DNA from: Minisyncoccia bacterium
GTDB taxonomy: Bacteria > Patescibacteriota > Minisyncoccia > UBA6257 > HR35
Length of the DNA stretch: 40,594 nt
Direction of reading: 5' to 3'
Assembly: GCA_049970635.1 (NCBI GenBank)
Contig: JBMFMO010000001.1
Location: 1-40,594, forward strand
A program made the translations under genes and the position numbers. The notes under the pieces were generated by a model. It searched no databases. It had not been told where the DNA came from and worked only from the letters and a program-made list of their open reading frames with translations. Positions 34,445 through 40,594 of the stretch are shown piece by piece (positions within the stretch are counted from its first letter, which is position 1; each line of letters opens with the position of its first letter).

Positions 34445-34540
34445 ATAAAAATGATATATCTGAACAATCAGTGTCAAGCCCAAACTGTCTGTGTTAAGTC
34501 TAGTATTTTTTAAAAATTAATTCGACCTTATTTAATTATA

Positions 34541-36301
34541 CTAAACTTTTATTATAACTGGTATAATAACTGGTCTTCTATGGGTTTTTCTGAATAAAAA
34601 TTCTGCTATATCTTCTTTTATCCTATATTTTATCTGCTCTTCTTGTATTATAGGTGCTTCTTCTCCTAAATGTAATGTATTTTTTTTAACAATCTGTGCT
34701 ATTAAATTTCTAACTTCTTTTAATAATTCTTTTGACTCCCTTAAATATACAAACCCTCTTGAAATAATATCTGGGCTTTTCTTAATTTTTCCTGTTTGAC
34801 TATCAATTGTAACAATAATAACAAACATTCCTTCTTCTGCTAATGCTTTCCTATCTCTTAAAACAACATCTCCAACATTTCCTAAACCTAATCCATCAAC
34901 ATAGATTAAGTTGCTTGGTACTTTTATATTTTTTATCTCTGGAATATCATTTTCTATCTCTAAAACATCCCCATTTGATAAAATTATCACATTCTCTCTC
35001 TTCATCCCAAGATCAACAGCTATTTCTTCTAATGCTTTCATCATATAAAAATGACCATGAATAGGAATAATATAATTTGGCTTTACTAAATTTATAAAAA
35101 GTTTAATATCATCAGAAAATGCATGTCCTGATGCATGAATATCCATCATTTGATAATGATAAATTTTTGCACCTTGTTTTGCTAATGAATCTTTTAAATT
35201 TTGAACAATTCTTTCATTACCAGGAACAATTGAAGAAGAAAATATTAAAGAATCACCAGGAGTTATTTTGAAATATTTATGTTCTCCATTTGCTATCCTC
35301 ATTAATGCTGAACCTTCTTCTGCTTGTGATCCAGTGCAAATTATCAAAACTTTATTTGGTGGAAGTTTAAATGATTCTTCTGGTTTTATAAATATTCCTT
35401 TACTATATTTTAAATATCCAAGCCTTTTTGTTACTTCAACATTTATCTTCATTGTATGACCATCAATAACAATTTTTCTTCCATATTGTTCTCCTAAATA
35501 TATTAATTGCTGTATTCTTTCAATTAATGATGCAAATGTAGATGCTATTATTCTTCCTTTTGCTCTTTTAAATATCTCCTCAAGGTTTTCCATAATCTTT
35601 CTTTCTGATATTATGTGTCCTTGCTCAGGTGCATTTGTTGAATCTATCATTAATATATCCGTTCCTCTAAATGCTAATTTTACTATTCTTGAAAGATCTG
35701 CTGGCTTATCAAAGACAGGATTAAAATCAATTTTAAAATCACCAGTATGCATAATATTACAAGCAGGAGTTTGAATATAAAAACCTATTGAATCTGGAAT
35801 ATTATGATTAACATGGAAATAATCAATTAAAAATGATCCTAATTTAATAGGTTTATATTCATCTTTTTTTATCTCTACTATATTTAACTTTTGCGATTTT
35901 GGAAAATCTTCTTGTCTTTTAATAATTAAACCTCTTGAGAGGGGGGTTGCATATATTATTGGATTGTTTATCTTTGGTAATATATATGGAATGGCTCCTA
36001 TATGATCATAATGGCCATGCGTTATTAAAATTCCTAAAATATTATTTTTTATCTTTTCTAAATATTCAAAATTTGGAATTGTATAATCAACCCCAAGCAT
36101 ATTTTCAACTTCAGGGTATCCTAAGCCCATATCAACAATTATTGCTTCTATTTTATTATTTTTTTCAAATTCAAAAACAGTAAGATTTCTCCCAATCTCT
36201 TCAAGTCCTCCTAAGGGAATAATTCTTAATTTACCTTCTTTTATCTTTTTAGGAGCGACTTTTGTTTTTTTGACTGTTTCTAAAACAGTACCCTTAATCA
36301 T
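34541..36301 (-). CDS. rnj: Ribonuclease J (beta-CASP metallo-beta-lactamase)
   Basis: 586 aa. LGGLEEIGRN, ITHGHYDHIG, HTGDFK, ASGH. Typical length. Confidence 0.9.
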   Translation of the reverse strand: MIKGTVLETVKKTKVAPKKIKEGKLRIIPLGGLEEIGRNLTVFEFEKNNKIEAIIVDMGLGYPEVENMLGVDYTIPNFEYLEKIKNNILGILITHGHYDHIGAIPYILPKINNPIIYATPLSRGLIIKRQEDFPKSQKLNIVEIKKDEYKPIKLGSFLIDYFHVNHNIPDSIGFYIQTPACNIMHTGDFKIDFNPVFDKPADLSRIVKLAFRGTDILMIDSTNAPEQGHIISERKIMENLEEIFKRAKGRIIASTFASLIERIQQLIYLGEQYGRKIVIDGHTMKINVEVTKRLGYLKYSKGIFIKPEESFKLPPNKVLIICTGSQAEEGSALMRIANGEHKYFKITPGDSLIFSSSIVPGNERIVQNLKDSLAKQGAKIYHYQMMDIHASGHAFSDDIKLFINLVKPNYIIPIHGHFYMMKALEEIAVDLGMKRENVIILSNGDVLEIENDIPEIKNIKVPSNLIYVDGLGLGNVGDVVLRDRKALAEEGMFVIIVTIDSQTGKIKKSPDIISRGFVYLRESKELLKEVRNLIAQIVKKNTLHLGEEAPIIQEEQIKYRIKEDIAEFLFRKTHRRPVIIPVIIKV

Positions 36302-36305
36302 ATTT

Positions 36306-36388
36306 TGCCCCTAGGAGGATTCGAACCTCCACCCCAAAAAGGGACATACCTCTGAAGTATGTGCGTCTACCAATTCCGCCATAGGGGC
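36306..36388 (-). tRNA. tRNA-Leu(CAG), type II
   Basis: The reverse complement reads GCCCCTA TG GCG GAATTGGTAGA CGC A CATAC TTCAGAG GTATG TCCCTTTTTGGGGT GGAGG TTCGAAT CCTCC TAGGGGC A. Confidence 0.9.
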
Positions 36389-36825
36389 TATTTTGGTTGT
36401 AATTGTAAACTCCTAATCGTCCCTGAGGCTGTTGTTGCTGAAAATTCAAAATTCAAATTTAATTGTGTAAATGGATTATAGGAACCAAAAAAACCTTTTT
36501 TCTGATATTCTACTTCAACTCCATATATTGGTGCTACTTGTGGAATATTAAAATATGCTATTGGATTATATGGGTCTGTTCCAAAAAATGAAAATGGGAT
36601 TGTTGATGTACCATTGGTATATCCTCCTCTACTTAATTCATATAAACTATAATTTAAAGAAGATAATGTTCCACTAAAAACTCCTGGCAATTTATTTATA
36701 AAATTTGCCATCTTAATCTCTTTCCCCATAATATTTCCTATTGTTATAACAATGACTAAACCTAAAATAGCTAAGACAACTAAAATTGCAAACAATACTT
36801 CACCCTTCTTTTTTAAAAACCCCAT
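36388..36825 (-). CDS. Pilin-like membrane-anchored protein (degenerate prepilin motif)
   Basis: 145 aa. MGFLKKKG-EVLFAILVVLAILGLVIV, then a beta-rich domain. It is the third gene of the pilin-like trio. Confidence 0.45.
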   Translation of the reverse strand: MGFLKKKGEVLFAILVVLAILGLVIVITIGNIMGKEIKMANFINKLPGVFSGTLSSLNYSLYELSRGGYTNGTSTIPFSFFGTDPYNPIAYFNIPQVAPIYGVEVEYQKKGFFGSYNPFTQLNLNFEFSATTASGTIRSLQLQPK

Positions 36826-37316
36826 TTATAAATTGTTGATGTTAATGAATAATCTTGTGTCCTTCTCTTATTTTCTAATTTTATAAAAACATTTATAAAT
36901 TTTCCACTTGTTGATACATTAAAACTTGTAAGATCAATCCTGTCTGAAATAAACCTATCTGATGAATTTTGATTTTCTATATATAATGTTGTATCTGTTG
37001 AAAACAATCTTTCATAAGTACCATCATTGAATATAAATTTTATACTATTTGCAGCAATCTCTGTTGATGAACAATATGTATTATTATAATATATTTTTTG
37101 TAAAATCTTAAAACTCTCATTTCTTAATAATAATTTATCATAGTATTCTCCTGTATAAAAAATTATAGCATAAAAAATAGCAATTACAAGAAGGAAAACA
37201 AAAGAGATAATCCCTACATATAAGATAAACTCTATTACAGTAAAACTTTTGTTATGGTAACCAAATTTTTCCTGATGTTGCTTCAACAGCTGGTGATTTT
37301 GTTGCATATTCTCCAT
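36813..37316 (-). CDS. Type IV pilin-like / pseudopilin protein
   Basis: 167 aa. A long leader, then S-FTVIEFIL (Glu at +5) and a hydrophobic helix. The start is uncertain because of a 65-nt overlap with the upstream ORF. Confidence 0.5.
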   Translation of the reverse strand: MENMQQNHQLLKQHQEKFGYHNKSFTVIEFILYVGIISFVFLLVIAIFYAIIFYTGEYYDKLLLRNESFKILQKIYYNNTYCSSTEIAANSIKFIFNDGTYERLFSTDTTLYIENQNSSDRFISDRIDLTSFNVSTSGKFINVFIKLENKRRTQDYSLTSTIYKWGF

Positions 37317-37803
37317 TAATTGTTGTTAATGGACCTTCTATATTTGGGGTTGTCCAATTTTCTTGTAAAAAAGCTTTTATATTCCATCTTGTTAAAATCA
37401 GATTAGATTTATAAAGAAGGCTTGGTGTTTGAATAAATATAGCCATAAGTTTTTTGTTTGGATCTTCATCCAAACTTAGATCTAAAATCTGAAACCATAT
37501 ATAATATTTCTCTCCCCTTACATCAATTTCTTCTCTTCCTTCTTGGATATCAAAACCTGTTGATGTTGGAACAAAATAATAATCTATATTATCAACTAAT
37601 TCATCAAATTTTGAAAAGTTTTCCCTTGCTATTCCATATAAAATATTTTGATAATTTAAGTTTAGGTTGTAAAAAATTAAAGATTCTTCAGAATATCTTA
37701 ATACATTTGGGATTGTATTAAATATTATAAAAATTGATAAAGAAAGTAAAATTACCAAAAGTATACTTAGTAAAGCTTCGATTAAAATTTGTCCTTTATT
37801 CAC
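37252..37803 (-). CDS. Type IV pilin-like / pseudopilin protein with a class III signal peptide
   Basis: 183 aa. [20 protein letters not shown] has Gly at -1 and Glu at +5. It overlaps the fusA stop by 8 nt. Confidence 0.6.
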   Translation of the reverse strand: MNKGQILIEALLSILLVILLSLSIFIIFNTIPNVLRYSEESLIFYNLNLNYQNILYGIARENFSKFDELVDNIDYYFVPTSTGFDIQEGREEIDVRGEKYYIWFQILDLSLDEDPNKKLMAIFIQTPSLLYKSNLILTRWNIKAFLQENWTTPNIEGPLTTINGEYATKSPAVEATSGKIWLP

Positions 37804-39931
37804 TTTTTCTTTGTAATTGTTTATTATTAATTATTGATTCAAAGATATATCTTGGAACTTCTTGATAATGAGAAAATTCCATTAAACTAAACCCCCTTCC
37901 TTGTGTTAAAGACCTTAAAACAGTTACATAGCCAAACATCTCTGCTAATGGGACCTTTGCTAATATTATTTTTGTATCTCCTTTATCAATAACTTCTTCA
38001 ATTTTTGCTCTTCTTGATGCTAAATCACCTGTAACATCTCCTAAATATTGAGAAGGAATAATAACTTCAAGCTTCATAATAGGTTCTAAAAATATTGGAT
38101 TAGCTTTTTTAACGGCATCTTTAAATGCTATCTCTGCTGCTATTTTAAATGCTAAATCAGATGAATCAACTTCATGAAAAGATCCATCAAACAATGTTAC
38201 CTTAACATCGCTCACAGGGTATCCTGCTATAACTCCTTTTTCCATTGCTTCTCTTATTCCTTTTTCAACTGCAGGAATAAAGTTGTCTGGAATTACACCT
38301 CCCTTAATAGCATTAACAAATTCAAATCCCTTATCTCTTTCCAATGGTTCAACCTTTATAATAACATGACCATATTGTCCTCTACCACCACTTTGCCTTA
38401 TATATTTTCCTTCAGCTTCAACAGCTTTTGTTATTGTTTCTCTATATGCTACTTGCGGTGTTCCAACATTTGTTTCAACATTAAATTCTCTTTTTAATCT
38501 ATCAACCATTATCTCTAAATGTAATTCACCCATCCCACCTATTAATGTATCACCAGTTTCATTATCTACTTTAATCTGGAATGTTGGATCTTCATTTGAT
38601 AAAGCTTTTAATGCAAGCCCCATTTTTTCTTGATCCTGTTTTGTTTTTGGTTCTATTTTCATCCATATAACTGGTTCAGTAAACTTAATTCTTTCTAAAA
38701 CTATGGGATGTTTTGGATTACAAATAGTATCTCCTGTAGACAAATCTTTTATTCCAACAAGTGCGCCTATATCACCAGCAAAAAGCTCTTTAATTTCTTC
38801 TCTGTGATTAGCATGCATCCTTGCAATTCTTCCTGCCCTAAATGTTTGTCCTGTTCTCGTATTTAAAACTGTATCTCCTTCTTTTAAGATTCCAGAATAT
38901 ACCCTCACATATGATAATGTCCCAATAAATGGATCAATTGCTATTTTAAAAATTAAACCGCAAAATGGTTCTTCATCTAATGGTTTTCTTATTATTTCTC
39001 CTGATGTTTTTGGATCAAATCCTTTAATAGGAGGTAAATCTAATGGAGATGGTAAAAAATCAACTATACCATCTAAAATTAATTGGACACCCTTGTTTTT
39101 TAATGCTGCTCCACAATAAACTGGAATAAATTGATATTTTAAAGTTGCTCTTCTAATTGCTGATCTAATATCATCTTCATTAAAATTTTTTTCAAAATAT
39201 TTTTCTAAAAAAACTTCATCACTTTCTGCTAATTTTTCTAACATTATATTTCTCCATTTTTCAGCTTCTTCTCTCATATCTTCTGGAATTTCTTCAACTT
39301 TTAATATGTCTCCCTTATCTCCCTCAAAATATATTGCCTTCATTCTTATTAAATCTATAACACCCTTAAAGTTTTCCTCTATTCCTATTGGGATTGTTAG
39401 TGCAACAGCGTTTTTTGTTAATCTATCATGAATAGATTTTAAAGAATCCTCAAAGCTTGCTCCCATTCTATCAAGTTTATTAATAAAGCATAATCTAGGA
39501 ACCTTATATTTATCTGCTTGTCTCCAAACTGTTTCTGATTGAGCCTCTACTCCTTGAACACCATCAAAAACAACAACAGCACCATCTAAAACCCTTAATG
39601 ATCTTTCAACCTCTGCAGTAAAATCAACATGTCCTGGAGTATCAATAATATTAATCTTATATTCTCCTTTTATCCTTTCTTCTTTTGTTTCTGCTTGTTT
39701 TTTATAAGATTGTGTCCAAAAGCATGTAACAGCAGCAGATGTAATTGTAATCCCCCTTTCTCTTTCTTGTGGCATCCAGTCAGTAACTGTTGTTCCTTCA
39801 TGAACTTCGCCAATCTTATAAGAAATTCCAGTGTAATATAAAATCCTTTCTGTAATAGTTGTCTTACCAGCATCAATATGAGCAATTATTCCAATATTTC
39901 TTGTTTTCTCTATTGGATATAGTCTTGGCAT
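37796..39931 (-). CDS. fusA: Elongation factor G
   Basis: I chose the start at [25 protein letters not shown], whose ATG lies 1 nt after the rpsG stop. DTPGH and NKLD are present. The ORF-track start at 39970 would overlap rpsG. Confidence 0.95.
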   Translation of the reverse strand: MPRLYPIEKTRNIGIIAHIDAGKTTITERILYYTGISYKIGEVHEGTTVTDWMPQERERGITITSAAVTCFWTQSYKKQAETKEERIKGEYKINIIDTPGHVDFTAEVERSLRVLDGAVVVFDGVQGVEAQSETVWRQADKYKVPRLCFINKLDRMGASFEDSLKSIHDRLTKNAVALTIPIGIEENFKGVIDLIRMKAIYFEGDKGDILKVEEIPEDMREEAEKWRNIMLEKLAESDEVFLEKYFEKNFNEDDIRSAIRRATLKYQFIPVYCGAALKNKGVQLILDGIVDFLPSPLDLPPIKGFDPKTSGEIIRKPLDEEPFCGLIFKIAIDPFIGTLSYVRVYSGILKEGDTVLNTRTGQTFRAGRIARMHANHREEIKELFAGDIGALVGIKDLSTGDTICNPKHPIVLERIKFTEPVIWMKIEPKTKQDQEKMGLALKALSNEDPTFQIKVDNETGDTLIGGMGELHLEIMVDRLKREFNVETNVGTPQVAYRETITKAVEAEGKYIRQSGGRGQYGHVIIKVEPLERDKGFEFVNAIKGGVIPDNFIPAVEKGIREAMEKGVIAGYPVSDVKVTLFDGSFHEVDSSDLAFKIAAEIAFKDAVKKANPIFLEPIMKLEVIIPSQYLGDVTGDLASRRAKIEEVIDKGDTKIILAKVPLAEMFGYVTVLRSLTQGRGFSLMEFSHYQEVPRYIFESIINNKQLQRKSE

Positions 39932-39932
39932 T

Positions 39933-40421
39933 TTATTTCTTTTTTCTTCCCCACCAAGCAAAATGAGCAAATGCTCTATTTAATTCTGCTAACCTATGCA
40001 TTTCTTGCTTCTTTTTAACTGCGTCTCCCTCATTATTTGCTGCCGATATTATCTCTTCAGCAAGTTTTATATACATTGGTTTTCCTTTTTTATTTCTTGC
40101 TGATTCAATTATCCATTTAACAGCTTTTGAAAATCTTCTTTGCGAAGAAACAACCCTTGGGACAAGATAAGTAGCACCAGCAATTCTTCTTGGCCAAACT
40201 TCTAAATTTGGTGCCACATTTTTTAATGCTTGCTGGAATAATTTAAAAGGATCATTTCCTGTTTTTTCTTTTATATAATTCATTGCTGAATAAAAAATTT
40301 TTTGTGCCTTCATCTTTTTACCATCTTTCATAATATTGTTAATAAACCTAGTAACTGCAACACTATTATAAACTGGATCTGGTTGCCATCTTCTTTCTAT
40401 TTTTATTTTTCTCCTAGCCAT
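39933..40421 (-). CDS. rpsG: 30S ribosomal protein S7
   Basis: 162 aa. MARRK...[21 protein letters not shown]. Confidence 0.95.
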   Translation of the reverse strand: MARRKIKIERRWQPDPVYNSVAVTRFINNIMKDGKKMKAQKIFYSAMNYIKEKTGNDPFKLFQQALKNVAPNLEVWPRRIAGATYLVPRVVSSQRRFSKAVKWIIESARNKKGKPMYIKLAEEIISAANNEGDAVKKKQEMHRLAELNRAFAHFAWWGRKKK

Positions 40422-40485
40422 TATTTTATTTTAACATAGAATTTACAGAATAAACGTAGAACAGGCAGAAGTATTTTCCTGTACT

Positions 40486-40515
40486 GTCCGTGTCTAGTCC
40501 GTGTCTAGTCCGTGT
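40486..40515 (+). repeat. 11-bp tandem GTCCGTGTCTA x3 (reverse complement of the ACACGGAC word)
   Basis: Word starts at 40486, 40497, 40508. The last unit abuts the rpsL stop codon. The array lies in the rpsL-rpsG intercistronic region. Confidence 0.9.
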
Positions 40516-40594
40516 TTATTTTTCTCTTTTAGCACCGTATAATGATCTACCTTGTTTTCTTCCTTCTACTCCACTAGCATCATAAACACCTCTT
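40516..40594 (-). CDS. rpsL: 30S ribosomal protein S12, C-terminal fragment (truncated by the window edge)
   Basis: Hand translation of the reverse complement: RGVYDASGVEGRKQGRSLYGAKREK, then stop. Confidence 0.85.
   Translation of the reverse strand, partial: RGVYDASGVEGRKQGRSLYGAKREK

Overview
This is a strongly AT-rich, tightly packed bacterial window using standard code 11 (TGA is a stop). I infer a small, streamlined genome of the CPR/Patescibacteria type. The grounds are: no rpmD between rpsE and rplO, 1-4 nt gene overlaps throughout, almost no Shine-Dalgarno sequences, and ComEC plus pilin-like genes.

Gene content, in order:
- iorAB with a convergent nitroreductase-ferredoxin pair.
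- tRNA-Ser, gatB, secF, rpe, trpS.
- A minus-strand heat-shock operon: hsp20-hrcA-grpE-dnaK-membrane protein-dnaJ. It sits behind a CIRCE operator fused to a consensus promoter.
- A long minus-strand operon: PD-(D/E)XK nuclease, split DUF763, MscS, M50 protease, methyltransferase, an orphan solute-binding protein, and three tandem TrbC/VirB2-like pilin paralogues.
- def-fmt.
- The spc/S10-distal ribosomal cluster, rplB through secY.
- An ~8 kb block (tRNA-Trp, stand-alone GGDEF, aspS, split ComEC, tRNA-Thr, RNase J, tRNA-Leu, three prepilin-like genes). It lies where tuf-rpsJ-rplCDW would normally link rplB to rpsL-rpsG-fusA.

The least explained signal is non-coding. Most of the longer intergenic regions carry arrays of short GC-containing words: ATTCGTG, CGCKGAT, ATTCGGG, TTCGCR, ACACGGAC, GCCTGCC. 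Each word is repeated 3-8 times at a 10-11 bp helical phase, and the same vocabulary recurs at distant loci in both orientations.

Other notable points:
- Two A-B-A structures, in which the 5' end of a gene (dnaK, tRNA-Thr) is duplicated around a ~0.25 kb AT-rich insert. The two inserts share a 19-mer.
- Apparently leaderless promoters with the -10 box 6-8 nt from the ATG.
- Two genes split at homopolymer runs.

No CRISPR array, transposase or rRNA gene was seen. All functional calls rest on motif recognition by eye. No database search was run.
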